A stretch of DNA of 64,000 bases from Cyanobacteriota bacterium (GCA_046052125.1 JBJOMY010000001.1:128001-192000), one strand, 5' to 3'. Shown: positions 1-11,678, counted from the stretch's first letter. Translations and numbers: made by a program. The notes: generated by a model from the letters alone, not told the origin.

Positions 1-89
1 CCACTCCGACCCGTGATTGCACGCGCTTACAACCCGGCTCCTCAGGCCAAACAGAATCACCGCAGTTGTTCCGTTGCGAGCAACGCTGA

Positions 90-1154
90 TCAAGCGGCGA
101 GGGTTGGGTAGTCGATGTACCCCGCTGGTCCAGCGGTGTAGAAGGTGCTCGGGTCGGCCTCGTTGAGCGGGGCACCTCGGCGTAGACGCTCCGGCAGATC
201 GGGATTCGCCAGGAAGGCTCTGCCGAAGGCCACTGCATCCACGGCGCCGGAGCGGATGGCGGCGTTGGCGTCGTCGGCTTCGTAGCCCAGGTTGGCCACC
301 AGCACACCCTTGAATCGCTCCCGGGTGGGGGTCAACACGTCACCGAACTGCTGGCCGAGTAGATCGGCGCGCATCAGATGCAGGTAGGCGAGGGGAACCT
401 GGTTGAGCTGCTCGGCCAGCCAGCTGTAGAGCCCGATGGGATCGGAATCGCGCATCGCGTTGTAGCTGTTGAGTGGCGACAGGCGAAGACCCATCAGGGA
501 TGTCTCCTGAGACACCGCCTCCAGCACCTCCATCAACAGCCGGGCGCGGTTCTCGCGTGAGCCGCCGTAGGGGCCCTGGCGTTGATTGCTGCCATCGCGC
601 AGAAACGAATCCAACAGATAGCCGTTGGCACCATGCACTTCCACGCCATCAAAGCCAGCGGCCATGGCATGGCGGGCGGCAAGACGGAACCCCTCCACGA
701 TCGCCGGCAGTTCCTGATCTGAGAGTTCCCGCGGCGTCACGTAGGGCTTCTTGCCCTCCGGCGTATGCACCTCATCCCCGGTGACCGCCAGGGGGCTGGG
801 GCCAACGGGTTGACGCCCGCCATTGAGCAGCGGATGGCAGGCGCGTCCGCCATGCCAGATCTGCAGCACGATGCGACCACCAGCGCGATGCACGGCGTCG
901 GTGGTGAGGCGCCAGCCCTCGACCTGGGCTTGGTTGTAGATCCCTGGTTCGTGCCAGAAGGCGGAGTTGCCTTCGATCACCATCGTGGCTTCGGCCACGA
1001 TCAGCCCTGCGCTGGCGCGTTGGCTGTAGTACTGCGCCATCAGCGCACCGGGCACATGCTCGCCTTCGGTGCGGCAGCGCGTGAGTGGAGCCATCCAGAT
1101 GCGATTTGGCAGCTCCAGGGCTCCCAGGCGCAGAGGGGAGAACAGATCAGCCAT
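90..1154 (-). CDS. Old yellow enzyme family alkene reductase (NemA/XenB-like)
   Basis: NRIWMAPLTR, HGANGYLLD and GRAFLANPDL motifs of OYE flavin reductases. Confidence 0.93.
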   Translation of the reverse strand: MADLFSPLRLGALELPNRIWMAPLTRCRTEGEHVPGALMAQYYSQRASAGLIVAEATMVIEGNSAFWHEPGIYNQAQVEGWRLTTDAVHRAGGRIVLQIWHGGRACHPLLNGGRQPVGPSPLAVTGDEVHTPEGKKPYVTPRELSDQELPAIVEGFRLAARHAMAAGFDGVEVHGANGYLLDSFLRDGSNQRQGPYGGSRENRARLLMEVLEAVSQETSLMGLRLSPLNSYNAMRDSDPIGLYSWLAEQLNQVPLAYLHLMRADLLGQQFGDVLTPTRERFKGVLVANLGYEADDANAAIRSGAVDAVAFGRAFLANPDLPERLRRGAPLNEADPSTFYTAGPAGYIDYPTLAA

Positions 1155-1198
1155 CCCTCGATTCTGGCGAGCTCCTCTAGCTCTGCACGCGCTTGAGC

Positions 1199-2059
1199 TC
1201 AGGTCATCGGTTCTTCTTCTCTGCGTCCACCCAGCAGTTGTTCAACAAACAACTTGAGCAAAAGCGACACAATGCCAACACCACCCAGGATCAACGCCGC
1301 GCCGTAAGCCAGCTCGGTGTCGTACTGCTTGTAGGCATCTTCCACAAACAGGGGCAAGGTTTGCGTCTGGCCAGCGATGTTGCCGCTCACCACTGCTACC
1401 GCACCGAACTCACCCAGTGCGCGGGCGGTGGTGAGAATCAAGCCGTACACCACGGCCCAACGCACAGAGGGAAGCGTGACCTTCCAGAACACCTGCCAGT
1501 TGCTGGCACCGAGGGTGCGCGCGGCTTCTTCCTGATCCCAGCCCTCCTCCTCCAGCAGCGGAATCACCTCGCGAGCCATGAAGGGGAAAGTGACAATGAT
1601 CGTGGCCAGGGCCATCCCCGGCCAGGAGAAAATGATCTTCCAGCCCAAGCTGCTCACAATGCCGCCCAAGAGGCCATTGGTGGGGCTGTAGAGCAGCACC
1701 AGCATCAGGCCCACCACCACCGGTGAGATCGAGAAGGGCAGGTCGATCACGCTGAGAAGGAGGGCTTTGCCAGGGAACTGACGCCGGGCAATGGCCGTGG
1801 CAGCAGCCAGACCAAAGATCGTGTTGGCCGGTACGGCGATCAGGGTGCAACGCAAGGTGAGCATCACAGCCGAGCGCAATTCCTCGGATTGCAAGTTCTC
1901 AATGAAGGGCGTCAGTCCTTTGGCAAAGGCTCCTGCCACCACCACCAGAGCCGGCAACAGAATGATCACCACCACATACAGGCAGGCGATCAGGGGAATC
2001 AACACAGAGGCGCTTGGACGGGGAAGCGCCTTGACGGCAGAACGCAACAGGGATGGCAT
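1199..2059 (-). CDS. cysW: Sulfate ABC transporter permease CysW
   Basis: DLPFSISPVVVG, EEAARTLGA, ARALGEFGAV, TQTLPL; downstream of cysT. Confidence 0.93.
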   Translation of the reverse strand: MPSLLRSAVKALPRPSASVLIPLIACLYVVVIILLPALVVVAGAFAKGLTPFIENLQSEELRSAVMLTLRCTLIAVPANTIFGLAAATAIARRQFPGKALLLSVIDLPFSISPVVVGLMLVLLYSPTNGLLGGIVSSLGWKIIFSWPGMALATIIVTFPFMAREVIPLLEEEGWDQEEAARTLGASNWQVFWKVTLPSVRWAVVYGLILTTARALGEFGAVAVVSGNIAGQTQTLPLFVEDAYKQYDTELAYGAALILGGVGIVSLLLKLFVEQLLGGRREEEPMT

Positions 2060-2110
2060 GGAATCAGCGGCTCAAGGTGATGACGAAAAGCGTGGATTGG
2101 CCTTGATGGA

Positions 2111-2980
2111 TCAGGCGCTCTGTACCGGATTGGCTTCCCAGTTGCGGCCCCATACCTGCAGGCCGTTGATCACCAGCAGACTCAGCAACGAGAAGAGCAA
2201 CATCACCATGCCGATCACCGTGGCGGAGGCGAAGTCGTATTCCTCCAGCTTCTGAATGATCAGTGTGGGAGCGATCAGATCCTTGAACGGCACGTTCGAA
2301 GAAATCATCACCACCGAGCCGTATTCACCCACCGCGCGGCTGTAGCCCTGGGCCACGCCCGCAAGGATCGCTGGCATCAGCTGCGGGAGCACCACTTTCG
2401 TGAGGGTTTGCCGTGGGCTGGCCCCCAGGCACCAGGCCGCTTCCTCCTGATCACGCTCCAACGCCTCAAGCACGGGTTCAACGCTGCGCACCACAAACGG
2501 CAGGGAGATGAACACCATCGCGATGGCGACACCCAGCCAGGTGAAGGACACTTTCAGGCCGAACAAGGCATACACCGGTGCGCCCAGCCAGCCATTGGTG
2601 CTGTAGATCGCCGCCAGAGCCAGGCCAGCAACGGCGGTGGGCAAGGCGAAGGGCAGATCGATCAGGGCATCGAGCAGGCGCCGGCCGGGAAAGCTGCAGC
2701 GCACCAGCGCCCAGGCGATCACCACCCCGAACACACCGTTGAGCAGCGCCGCGGCCAGTGCCAACCCGAAGCTGACCCGATAGGTGGCCAACGCTTCAGG
2801 AGTGGTGGCGAGTTCCCAGAACTGCGATGGGCCCACAGCTGCCGCTTTGAGCGCCATCGCTCCGAGGGGCAGAAACAGCACCAGGGCCAGATAAATCCAG
2901 GTGATGCGCCAGGGCCAACTCAGCTGCAGCCAGGCCGGCCAGGAGAAACCCCGGCGCCGAGCCGGTTGTGCAGACGCCAT
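2111..2980 (-). CDS. cysT: Sulfate ABC transporter permease CysT
   Basis: [30 protein letters not shown] motifs. Confidence 0.93.
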   Translation of the reverse strand: MASAQPARRRGFSWPAWLQLSWPWRITWIYLALVLFLPLGAMALKAAAVGPSQFWELATTPEALATYRVSFGLALAAALLNGVFGVVIAWALVRCSFPGRRLLDALIDLPFALPTAVAGLALAAIYSTNGWLGAPVYALFGLKVSFTWLGVAIAMVFISLPFVVRSVEPVLEALERDQEEAAWCLGASPRQTLTKVVLPQLMPAILAGVAQGYSRAVGEYGSVVMISSNVPFKDLIAPTLIIQKLEEYDFASATVIGMVMLLFSLLSLLVINGLQVWGRNWEANPVQSA

Positions 2981-3100
2981 GGGTCTACGGATCGAGATCG
3001 GCGGACCGTATCACCGCTTGGCGCTTTATACAACGGTTCGCCGGTGGAGAACTGCGTGTATGGGCTAGTCTCATCTGCACTCGTTCTCGTCGCGGTCGTC

Positions 3101-4105
3101 ATGGGGATCCGTGTTGCTGGCGTCACCAAGGAATTCGGGGCCTTCAAGGCGGTCGATGACGTGAACCTCGACATCGACAGCGGCTCGCTGGTTGCCCTAC
3201 TCGGCCCTTCGGGCTCGGGCAAGAGCACGTTGTTGCGCCTGATCGCCGGCCTCGAAGAATCCGATGCCGGTCGCATCTGGATCACCGGTGAAGAGGCCAC
3301 CACTCGCTCCGTTCAGGAACGGGAGGTGGGTTTTGTGTTTCAGCACTTCGCGCTGTTCAAGCACCGCACCGTTCGCCAGAACGTGGGTTTTGGTCTGGAG
3401 TTGCGCGGCTGGAAACACGACGCCATTCGCCGGCGTGTGGATGAGCTGCTTGAGCTGGTGCAGTTGAGGGGATTTGGCAACCGCTATCCCTCCCAGTTAT
3501 CGGGTGGACAACGGCAGCGGGTGGCCTTGGCTCGGGCCCTGGCCGTGCAACCCAGGGTGTTGCTCCTCGATGAACCGTTCAGTGCTCTCGATGCCCAGGT
3601 GCGCAAGGAGCTGCGGGCGTGGCTGCGCAACCTGCACGACGAGATGCACGTCACCACGGTGATCGTGACCCACGACCAGGAGGAGGCCATGGAGGTGGCG
3701 GATCGAATCGTGGTGATGAACCAGGGGCGGATCGAGCAGATCGGAACGCCAGCGGAGATTTACGACCACCCCGCCACCCCGTTCGTGATGAGTTTTGTGG
3801 GTGCGGTGAATGTGTTGCCGTCCCATGTTCCGCTCGCCAGTCCAGATCAAGAGGGCGACATCTTCATCCGCCCCCACGATCTGGAACTGCACCGCACCGC
3901 CCAGCCGGGCAGTGTGCCCGCGGTCTTGCGTCGTTTAACCCATATGGGTCGCGATATTCAGGCGGAACTCACCCTGGCGAGCGGTGATGTGGTGATGGCC
4001 CAACTGCCGCGTGAGCGCATCGATTACCACGATTTGAAAGCTGGTGATGCTTTGCATATCACCAGCCGTGAAGCACGCACGTTCGTTCCAGACTTTGTGA
4101 TCTGA
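3101..4105 (+). CDS. cysA: Sulfate ABC transporter ATPase CysA
   Basis: GPSGSGKS Walker A, LSGGQRQR signature, LLLDEPF; start moved to ATG 3101 (MGIRV). Confidence 0.93.
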   Translation: MGIRVAGVTKEFGAFKAVDDVNLDIDSGSLVALLGPSGSGKSTLLRLIAGLEESDAGRIWITGEEATTRSVQEREVGFVFQHFALFKHRTVRQNVGFGLELRGWKHDAIRRRVDELLELVQLRGFGNRYPSQLSGGQRQRVALARALAVQPRVLLLDEPFSALDAQVRKELRAWLRNLHDEMHVTTVIVTHDQEEAMEVADRIVVMNQGRIEQIGTPAEIYDHPATPFVMSFVGAVNVLPSHVPLASPDQEGDIFIRPHDLELHRTAQPGSVPAVLRRLTHMGRDIQAELTLASGDVVMAQLPRERIDYHDLKAGDALHITSREARTFVPDFVI

Positions 4106-4207
4106 GAACCTCGTGACCCCTCGATCAGGTGTTCACAGCGACATCGAACGGCTGGACATCTGAGCGCGTTCACACACAAACTGAATGCTTCATTTCTGCA
4201 AACCAAC

Positions 4208-4843
4208 ATGACTCTGCAACTGGGCGACACCGTCCCCGATTTCACCCAGAACTCCCAGCTGGGTCCGATCAATCTCTACGACTTCGCTGGTGACAGCTGG
4301 GTGGTGCTCTTCTCCCACCCCGCCGACTACACCCCCGTGTGCACCACCGAGCTGGGTGAGGTGTCGCGCCTGCGCAGTGAGTGGGAGAAGCGCAACGTCA
4401 AGACCATCGCCCTGAGCGTGGACTCCGCCGAGAGCCATGGCGGCTGGATCTGCGACATCAACGAAACGCAGAACACCACGGTCGACTACCCGATCCTCGC
4501 CGATGAGGACAAGAAGGTGAGCGATCTCTACGGGATGATCCACCCGAACTCGCTCAACAACCTCACGGTGCGTTCGGTGTTCATCATCGACCCGAACAAA
4601 AAGCTGCGCCTGCAGATCACCTATCCCGCCAGCACCGGCCGGAACTTCCAGGAAATCCTGAGGGTGATCGACTCCCTGCAGCTCACCGACTACCACCAGG
4701 TGGCCACCCCGGTGAACTGGAAAGACGGCGACGACTGCGTCGTGGTGCCCTCGATCCCCACCGACGAAGCCCGCAACAAGTTCCCCAAGGGCGTGACTGA
4801 GATCAAGCCCTACCTGCGCATGACCCCGCAGCCCAACAAGTGA
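4208..4843 (+). CDS. 1-Cys peroxiredoxin (Prx6 type)
   Basis: FSHPADYTPVCTTE active site, YPASTGRNF. Confidence 0.95.
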   Translation: MTLQLGDTVPDFTQNSQLGPINLYDFAGDSWVVLFSHPADYTPVCTTELGEVSRLRSEWEKRNVKTIALSVDSAESHGGWICDINETQNTTVDYPILADEDKKVSDLYGMIHPNSLNNLTVRSVFIIDPNKKLRLQITYPASTGRNFQEILRVIDSLQLTDYHQVATPVNWKDGDDCVVVPSIPTDEARNKFPKGVTEIKPYLRMTPQPNK

Positions 4844-4870
4844 GCCACTGAGGCTCGCCTCAACCCTCAG

Positions 4871-4900
4871 GCCCCCGGAGAATGCCCGGGGGCTTTTTTT
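4871..4900 (+). terminator. Intrinsic terminator
   Basis: GCCCCCGG/CCGGGGGC stem followed by T7. Confidence 0.85.
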
Positions 4901-4906
4901 GTGGCC

Positions 4907-4960
4907 ATGCGGGTGTTGGGTCTGATGAGCGGCACCAGCGCCGATGGCGTGGATGCCGTG
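4907..4960 (+). pseudogene. anmK: 5' fragment of anhydro-N-acetylmuramic acid kinase
   Basis: Translates MRVLGLMSGTSADGVDAV (AnmK N-terminal MSGTSxDGxD motif), then runs into AT-rich R-M DNA and stops. Confidence 0.8.
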
Positions 4961-4970
4961 TTTGTACACA

Positions 4971-5897
4971 TCAAGCAGGGATTGAAAGCAAGGGTAACTG
5001 TGTAATATCGGGCAGCGAATCTATCTTGCACTCAGCATCAAAGTTCGTTATCAACGCTTCAACCACTGGATTCCGATTGCTCTCGCTAGCGCCCACATGA
5101 TAAAAATGGTCTTTTGTGAGGATGGAATATTTAGACCAAAGCGCATCAATAAACTCATTGGAGCGATAATCGTTATGGTGCCATGTACTCAGAACGAACT
5201 TGCTAGGGATGGCGCCAAGCAAGTCAAATAACTTCTTCTCGCAGCTGGCATCCCAGCTATTGAAATAATCTACGTGCCTACCTATGTAAGGTGGGTCACA
5301 ATACACAATGTCGTCTTCGCCTGCAGTCTTTAGTGTCTGTTCAAAGTCTTGACAAATAAATGTATAGTTTCCTTTCTCAATAACCGCTGATACCCATTCA
5401 ATCTGATTGACAATCTTGGTTACGTAAGCCTTCGCGAATCTGGCGGGCTTTTTGCAGAATGGAATATTGAATCGACCTTTGCGATTAAATCTTATCATTC
5501 CATTAAAGCCGGCTCTATTCAGAAAAAGAAAATCAAGTGGCGCATGGCAATCATTAAATCTGTCTCGTACATAGTAATAATGATCTTCCCCTTTGCTCAG
5601 CAGGAGCTCGCCTTCTTGTATTAGATATGCTTTTGCAATAGTCGGAGTAATCTGCTTTGTGGAAATCTGAGTATAGAAGTTGATGAGATGAGGATTTGTA
5701 TCGCAGAGAAGCGCCGAAGACGGGGCGACATTAAATGCAACTACTCCAGTTCCCGTAAAAGGTTCAATCCACTTGACGTTAGAGTCAGATGGGAGAACAC
5801 TCTTAATCCATGGAACCAGCTTGGTTTTGATTCCTTGTGACTTGATGGGTGGTACTTTTATCAGACTACTCATCAGTTTGCGCCTCTTCTTCTGCAA
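4971..5897 (-). CDS. Dam/D12-class N6-adenine DNA methyltransferase (M.EcoRV-like)
   Basis: EPFTGTGVV motif [15 protein letters not shown] motif IV; AT-rich; true start probably at MSSL. Confidence 0.92.
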   Translation of the reverse strand: MQKKRRKLMSSLIKVPPIKSQGIKTKLVPWIKSVLPSDSNVKWIEPFTGTGVVAFNVAPSSALLCDTNPHLINFYTQISTKQITPTIAKAYLIQEGELLLSKGEDHYYYVRDRFNDCHAPLDFLFLNRAGFNGMIRFNRKGRFNIPFCKKPARFAKAYVTKIVNQIEWVSAVIEKGNYTFICQDFEQTLKTAGEDDIVYCDPPYIGRHVDYFNSWDASCEKKLFDLLGAIPSKFVLSTWHHNDYRSNEFIDALWSKYSILTKDHFYHVGASESNRNPVVEALITNFDAECKIDSLPDITQLPLLSIPA

Positions 5898-6723
5898 GCT
5901 TGGCTAATGCTTCTGGTGACAGATCGATCCTGTCCATAAATCTGTTCTTGTACTCAAGGTATGAGGTTAGGTTTTTATATGGCCGAGGAACATCATCTTT
6001 CTTTGCCATGTCTTCCGTCAGGTAATACATCCAGTAATCATCAAAGACATCTTCACCTAGCGCGTGAAAAGGCCCGGATCCTGTCTTAAGCTGCTGTATA
6101 TTTGTGCAGCTACCAATATTCTTTGTATTGCCGCTTCCAGGGCTGCCAGTCGCAATTCGGTATTTAGGCTGAACGAAGAAGTCAAAGTCATAGATCACCG
6201 AGCTAATGCTACTGAGCTCTTCAAGCTTGAAGGACTTCCTCTCGTCAGACGCATCTTTGTTCTGACTATAGATTACGCCAAGCACAAAGTGGCCAGAATA
6301 ATCACTGTATGGATATGTTATATTCTTTTCGGATGCTTGTGAGCCATTTCTGTTTCTAAAATAGCCGGTAAAAGCACCAAGAGTCATCATGTTGACAGTG
6401 GTAGCCGTTTTCCGGATGGTCGACTTTATGTCAAGAGCAAACTTCTTGCCATCCCTAGTGATAAATGTTGCATCGGGATAGTGGTTCTGGTATTTGGGAA
6501 GTTCTAGAGTTAGGTTGTGTTTGTCAGCAAAAGCTTCTAGTTGTGGATAAAGCAGTATCTCAAGGACTTTTGATACTACTTTGGTGTCAACTGTAATTGT
6601 ATAGACACGGTGGAAGACATCTATGAACCCTTTGATGATCCAATCACCTTCCTGCGTGGCAATAGTCTGCTTGAAGTTTTCTAACTCTGACTGCAGGCAA
6701 GCCTGAAACTCTTGGTTTATCAA
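5866..6723 (-). CDS. EcoRV-family type II restriction endonuclease
   Basis: [16 protein letters not shown]...ALDIKST (PD-D/ExK), [11 protein letters not shown] and [10 protein letters not shown] parallel EcoRV motifs. Confidence 0.88.
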   Translation of the reverse strand: MINQEFQACLQSELENFKQTIATQEGDWIIKGFIDVFHRVYTITVDTKVVSKVLEILLYPQLEAFADKHNLTLELPKYQNHYPDATFITRDGKKFALDIKSTIRKTATTVNMMTLGAFTGYFRNRNGSQASEKNITYPYSDYSGHFVLGVIYSQNKDASDERKSFKLEELSSISSVIYDFDFFVQPKYRIATGSPGSGNTKNIGSCTNIQQLKTGSGPFHALGEDVFDDYWMYYLTEDMAKKDDVPRPYKNLTSYLEYKNRFMDRIDLSPEALAKLAEEEAQTDE

Positions 6724-6891
6724 GTTTCCCCGAGGCGCACTATACGCATCTTACCATGGAAACGAAGCATTGCCCCCAGTGTTATCACTGTCTGTCAAGA
6801 GTCTTTGAAGAGTTTTGGCAAATGTTCTATCGGTTGCATCCTCTAAGAACTTGAAGCTACAGCCTCATTCGCCTGAGCTAGCCAATATTAC

Positions 6892-7860
6892 TCAATTTAT
6901 ACAATTACCTTCTGTCAGAAACAGATTGGTGGTCAAGTAGCGCTCACCTGAGTCCGGAAGAATGACCACGATGGTTTTGCCGGCAAAGTCCGCTTCTCGG
7001 GCCACGCGAACAGCCGCTGCGACGGCAGCGCCGCAGGAGATGCCAGCCAGAATGCCTTCCTCTTGGGCGAGGCGTCTGGCCATCGTGATGGCATCTTGAT
7101 CACTCACCCGTTCCACTCTGTCGAGCAAGGAAAGATCAAGGTTGGTGGGCACAAAGCCTGCACCAATGCCTTGAATGCGATGGGGGCCGGGTTGGATGGC
7201 TTCACCAGCCAGGGTTTGGCTGATCACCGGGCTCTGCTCCGGCTCCACAGCCACCGCGATCAATGGTTGACCCAGGGTGCATTTGATGTAACGGCTCACC
7301 CCACTGATGGTGCCGCCGGTTCCCACTCCAGCCACAACAGCGTCCACCTGAGCCTCGGTGTCGGCCCAGATTTCAGGACCGGTGGTGTCGTGATGGATCT
7401 GCGGATTGGCTGGATTGGCGAACTGCTGCAGCAACACATAACGATCGGGCTCACTGATCGTCATCGATTCGGCCATCGCGATCGCTCCGGGCATGCCGTG
7501 GCGCCCTTCGGTGAGCACCAGGCGAGCTCCATAGGCAAGGAGCAATTTGCGCCGCTCTTCACTCATCGTGTCGGGCATCGTCAAGGTAAGCGGAACGCCT
7601 CGGGAGGCGGCTACAAACGCCAACGCGATGCCCGTGTTGCCGCTGGTGGGTTCAATCAGTTCTTTCCCCGGCCCCAATAGGCCATCGCGCTCAGCCTGAG
7701 CCACCATCGCCGCGCCGATGCGGCATTTCACTGAAAAGGCGGGATTGCGCGCTTCGATCTTGGCCAGGATGCGGGCGTTGCAACCTGCGCTGACCCGCTG
7801 CAGCTGCACCAGTGGTGTTCCGCCTGTGGTGAGGCTGTTGTTGGCAAAAATCGCAGGCAT
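6892..7860 (-). CDS. cysK: Cysteine synthase A
   Basis: NPAFSVKCR (PLP Lys), [22 protein letters not shown]. Confidence 0.95.
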   Translation of the reverse strand: MPAIFANNSLTTGGTPLVQLQRVSAGCNARILAKIEARNPAFSVKCRIGAAMVAQAERDGLLGPGKELIEPTSGNTGIALAFVAASRGVPLTLTMPDTMSEERRKLLLAYGARLVLTEGRHGMPGAIAMAESMTISEPDRYVLLQQFANPANPQIHHDTTGPEIWADTEAQVDAVVAGVGTGGTISGVSRYIKCTLGQPLIAVAVEPEQSPVISQTLAGEAIQPGPHRIQGIGAGFVPTNLDLSLLDRVERVSDQDAITMARRLAQEEGILAGISCGAAVAAAVRVAREADFAGKTIVVILPDSGERYLTTNLFLTEGNCIN

Positions 7861-8112
7861 GGTGGAAGTTGTTCAAGGCAAAGGCCTCCCTGTGTGAGCA
7901 CAAGGAGGCCCGGGGTTATGGATGGGAGCAAGACGGGGTTCGCTTGCGCCGTAGGCGAGGTCCGCTCGCAGGTAGAGGCTTTGGCTGCTGCGGGAGAGCC
8001 GATGCCATCGCTGGTTCGTGAGCCGCGAGTCTCTCGATCACGTCGTGGCGATCGCTCCAGGCGAGCTCACCATCACTGCCCCAGTGCAGGCACCAGGGAG
8101 GAGGGGCCGTCG

Positions 8113-8667
8113 TCATCGCTCCCGCGGAATCAACAGATCGCTCTCGCCAACGGTGAGCAGAACGCCGTCGTGCCGGAAACGACTCAGCAACTTGGTCACG
8201 GTGACCCGCGTGAGACCGCACAAATCAGCGAGACCGCGATGGGTGAGGTTCAGCTCGGCCAGGGAGAGCCTGCAACCATGACGGTTGATCTGACCAAAGG
8301 AGCTCGCGATCCAGGTGAGTAGCGCGAGCAGGCGCCGCTCACCGGAGCGCATGCGCTGGATGGCATGCAACTCGGCCAACATCTGCCGTTCCCGGCGGAT
8401 GTGTTGGAGCTGGGTGTCGTCATCCAGCTCCAGATGTTCCACCACAACCGTGGTGAGGCACTGCAATTCCAGTGGATGCAGAACCGGATCTTCCGAACTG
8501 ATCACATCACCGGGGCCCCACAGTCCCAGGGTGATCGACTCGCCATCGTCATCCATGGTGGCTGAGCGCACATACCCCTCGTGCAATCGCCAGCTCATGT
8601 GCTCAGGCAGCACATCCTGAGGATGAAGCGTGAGTCGCAAGGGCCGTTTCAGGTGTGAGGTGGTCAT
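8113..8667 (-). CDS. Crp/Fnr-family regulator (CysR-like)
   Basis: TLGLWGPG and C-terminal HTH LTHRGLADLCGLTRVTVTKLL; sits in the sulfur cluster. Confidence 0.8.
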   Translation of the reverse strand: MTTSHLKRPLRLTLHPQDVLPEHMSWRLHEGYVRSATMDDDGESITLGLWGPGDVISSEDPVLHPLELQCLTTVVVEHLELDDDTQLQHIRRERQMLAELHAIQRMRSGERRLLALLTWIASSFGQINRHGCRLSLAELNLTHRGLADLCGLTRVTVTKLLSRFRHDGVLLTVGESDLLIPRER

Positions 8668-8831
8668 GGCGTTGGCGGGCGATGGGGCGGGTCATCGAGG
8701 GTGGAGAGCAATCGGAGGCGGGGCATTCGCGCACAACAGGCCATGGGCGTCAGGCATCTGGCGGCAGTATGCACTAATCCCGATAGGGGTACCGGTATTT
8801 CAAGGCACACGGAAGGCCGTTTCCGCGGTGA

Positions 8832-9263
8832 TCAGATGTAGAACATCGGCTGGGGCTGCTTCATCTGGTCGCGCTTCTGAAGCAGTTGCGCCAGGGTCGT
8901 TTCGCTGAGAATCGCGGCCCTGGCTTGCTCAAGGCGATTGCCCAGCTCGCTTAACGCCAGAAATTCGGGGTCCTGTCGTTCACCCTTGCGGGCAGGCGAC
9001 ACCTCACCTTCAAGACAGGACTCCACATCGATGATGCGGATCTGTTCGGGGGGACGCGCCAGCAGAAAACCGCCCCGCGGGCCGCGCACGCTCTTGAGAA
9101 ACCCTCCTTTGCGTAGAGCCGTGAGCATTTGCTCGAGGTAGCGCTCTGGGATGGCATGGCGCCTGCAGATCTCTCCCGTCTGCACCAGATCGCCCGTGGC
9201 ATGGGCCGTTGCCAGGTCCATCAGAGCGACCAGTCCGTATTCCGTCTTGGCGCTGAACGGCAT
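8832..9263 (-). CDS. Rrf2-family regulator (CymR-like, lacks the 3-Cys Fe-S motif)
   Basis: KTEYGL, YLEQML, SVRGPRGGF motifs. Confidence 0.9.
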   Translation of the reverse strand: MPFSAKTEYGLVALMDLATAHATGDLVQTGEICRRHAIPERYLEQMLTALRKGGFLKSVRGPRGGFLLARPPEQIRIIDVESCLEGEVSPARKGERQDPEFLALSELGNRLEQARAAILSETTLAQLLQKRDQMKQPQPMFYI

Positions 9264-9404
9264 GGCTCCACTTGCACAGCGTTCATTGTGTCAGGCAAAG
9301 CACGGCTACTGGGTAGGAAATCAGGGCTCCTACCCGTGTGGTTTGAAGCACATCGGGTCGGCGGCGAGGACCGATAAGTTCCCGTCGTTCCCGACCGAAG
9401 AACC

Positions 9405-10466
9405 GTGGTACCTCCTCTCACTGGGCGCTCCGAGCTGCGCCGCCAAGTGCTGATCACGGGCCTGGCTGTTCTGCCGTTGGCGGCCGCCGCGGCCGCAACC
9501 CTGAACGCACCGATCGTTCAGGCCCAGCAACCCGCCAAACCCCAAACCCTCACGGTGGTGTCTTACGCCGTGACCAAAACCGCCTACGACCAGCTCTTCA
9601 AGCTGTTTGCCGCTGACTGGAAGAAGAAGACAGGTCAAACCGTGAGCTTCAAGGGCAGCTATGGAGGCTCCGGCTCTCAGACACGCGCCGTGATCGATGG
9701 CCTCGAGGCCGATGTGGTGAGCCTGGCCATGGCTGCCGATGTGACCAAGATTCAGCAGGCAGGCCTGATCAAGCCCGGTTGGGAGCGGGAAAACCCCTAC
9801 AACTCCACGCCGATCAACTCAACCGTGGCCGTGTTCGTCCGTCCCGGTAACCCCAAAAAGATCAACAGCTGGAAGGACCTCGACAACAAAGACGTGGATG
9901 TGGTGCTCGCCAACCCCAAAACCTCAGGTGGGGCCCGCTGGAACTTTTTGGCGCTCTGGGGTGCGATCACCCGTAGCGGTGGCACCGAAGCCCAGGCCCG
10001 CAGCTTTATCACCGGTGTTTACAAGAACGCCGATGTGCTGCCGAAGGATGCTCGTGAAGCGACTGATCTCTTCGTGAAACGGCGCCAGGGCGATGTGCTG
10101 CTGAACTGGGAAACCGAGGCGATCCTGGCCCGTCGCAAAGGCGAGTGGACTACGCCTTACAAGCTCTTTAGCCCCAACGTGCTCACCGAGCAGCCCGTCA
10201 CCGTGGTGGACAAGGTGGTGGACCGCCGCGGCACCCGAAAGGTGGCCGAAGCATTTGTGCGTTACCTGTATTCCCCAGCGGCTCAGAAGGTCTTCGCCGA
10301 CAATGGCTTCCGCCCCACCACACCCGAGGGCAAGGCCTATGCGAAAGGGAAATTCCAGAACTTGAGCTTCTTCAAGGTGAGCGACTTCGGGGGCTGGGCC
10401 GGAGTGGACAAGAAGTTCTTCGGTAAAGGCGGGCTCTGGGATCAGATTTTTGCCCGCACGCGCTGA
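9405..10466 (+). CDS. sbp: Sulfate-binding protein (copy 1)
   Basis: VSYAVTK, SYGGSGSQTRAVIDGL, ANPKTSGGARWNFL; start uncertain. Confidence 0.92.
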   Translation: MVPPLTGRSELRRQVLITGLAVLPLAAAAAATLNAPIVQAQQPAKPQTLTVVSYAVTKTAYDQLFKLFAADWKKKTGQTVSFKGSYGGSGSQTRAVIDGLEADVVSLAMAADVTKIQQAGLIKPGWERENPYNSTPINSTVAVFVRPGNPKKINSWKDLDNKDVDVVLANPKTSGGARWNFLALWGAITRSGGTEAQARSFITGVYKNADVLPKDAREATDLFVKRRQGDVLLNWETEAILARRKGEWTTPYKLFSPNVLTEQPVTVVDKVVDRRGTRKVAEAFVRYLYSPAAQKVFADNGFRPTTPEGKAYAKGKFQNLSFFKVSDFGGWAGVDKKFFGKGGLWDQIFARTR

Positions 10467-10512
10467 CCACCACGCCACCAGCCGCTGAACGCAACCCTGC
10501 TTCTGCAGCAAG

Positions 10513-10538
10513 ACCCCGGTTCAGAGCCGGGGTTTTTT
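10513..10538 (+). terminator. Intrinsic terminator
   Basis: ACCCCGG/CCGGGGT stem plus T-run. Confidence 0.8.
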
Positions 10539-10632
10539 CATGGCGTGCTTCCGCCGTCAGCACTGAAGAGCGGAAAGACGACCGAGCTACCGCTGTATGC
10601 TTTGCGCATATTCCCGATCGACTCACGTGACA

Positions 10633-11673
10633 ATGCGCCAACTCCTCTCCCGCGGTTCGCTTCTGGCGCTGAGCAGCTCGATCATGCTCACGGCATGCGG
10701 CACCGCCTCGGGCCCCTCGGCTGAGGGCGGCAAGGGCGAGGGCAAGCAGGAGCTGCTGCTCGTGAGCTACGCCGTGACCAAAGGTGCCTACGACAAGATC
10801 CTTCCCAAGTTCGCCGCTGATTGGAAGGCCAAGACCGGCCAGGAGATCAAGATCCGCACCAGCTACGGCGGATCAGGCACCCAAACCCGGGCGGTGATCG
10901 ATGGCCTGGATGCCGATGTCACCACCCTGGCCCTCTCGGCCGATGTGCTCAAGCTGCAGGACGCCGGTCTGATCCAGCCGGGCTGGGAGAAGGAGCTGCC
11001 CAGCGAGAGCATCATCACCAACTCAGCGGTGGCCTTCCTGACCCGCGCCGGCAATCCCAAGGGTGTGCGCACCTGGAAGGATCTGGTGAAGCCTGGGGTG
11101 ACGGTGGTGACCGCCAACCCCAAGACCTCCGGTGGTGCACGCTGGAACTTCCTTGGGCTCTGGGGCTCGGTGAGCCAGACCGGTGGTGATCAGAAGCAGG
11201 CGGAGGCCTACGTCACCAACGTGTACAAGAACGTCGACAACCTGCCGAAGGATGCCCGTGAAGCATCCGACGTGTTCCTGAAGCGCGATCAGGGCGACGT
11301 GCTGTTGAACTACGAGAATGAGGCGATCCTGGCCACCCGCACGGGTGATCTCAAGGCGCCGTTCGTGGTACCCGAGGTGAACATCCGCATCGAGGGCCCT
11401 GTGGCGGTGGTGGACAAGGTGGTGGATCGCAAGGGCACCCGCAAAGCCGCTGAAGCCCTGGCCGCCTACCTCTTCACCGAAGAGGCCCAACAGATCTTTG
11501 CCGAGGAAGGTTTCCGACCCACGAACCCAACGGTGTGGCAACGCGTGAAGGATCGCTTCGCTCCGGTGAAGACCTTCTTCTCGGTGAAGGACTTTGGTGG
11601 CTGGGAGGCTGTCAACAAAACCTTCTTTGACAACGGCGGTCTCTGGGATCGCCTGTTCGCCCAATCGCGCTGA
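10633..11673 (+). CDS. sbp: Sulfate-binding lipoprotein (copy 2)
   Basis: Same Sbp motifs; lipobox LTAC. Confidence 0.92.
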   Translation: MRQLLSRGSLLALSSSIMLTACGTASGPSAEGGKGEGKQELLLVSYAVTKGAYDKILPKFAADWKAKTGQEIKIRTSYGGSGTQTRAVIDGLDADVTTLALSADVLKLQDAGLIQPGWEKELPSESIITNSAVAFLTRAGNPKGVRTWKDLVKPGVTVVTANPKTSGGARWNFLGLWGSVSQTGGDQKQAEAYVTNVYKNVDNLPKDAREASDVFLKRDQGDVLLNYENEAILATRTGDLKAPFVVPEVNIRIEGPVAVVDKVVDRKGTRKAAEALAAYLFTEEAQQIFAEEGFRPTNPTVWQRVKDRFAPVKTFFSVKDFGGWEAVNKTFFDNGGLWDRLFAQSR

Positions 11674-11678
11674 CGCCT

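Noticed and set aside
2408..3100. N-terminal extension of CysA (565-aa ORF)
   Set aside because: Antisense to cysT; the ABC domain begins at ATG 3101.
8780..10630. Shared CCGA(T/C)-led motif in sulfur promoters as a CysR/Rrf2 site
   Set aside because: Only 8781-8796 is near-palindromic; other instances do not give a consistent consensus by eye.
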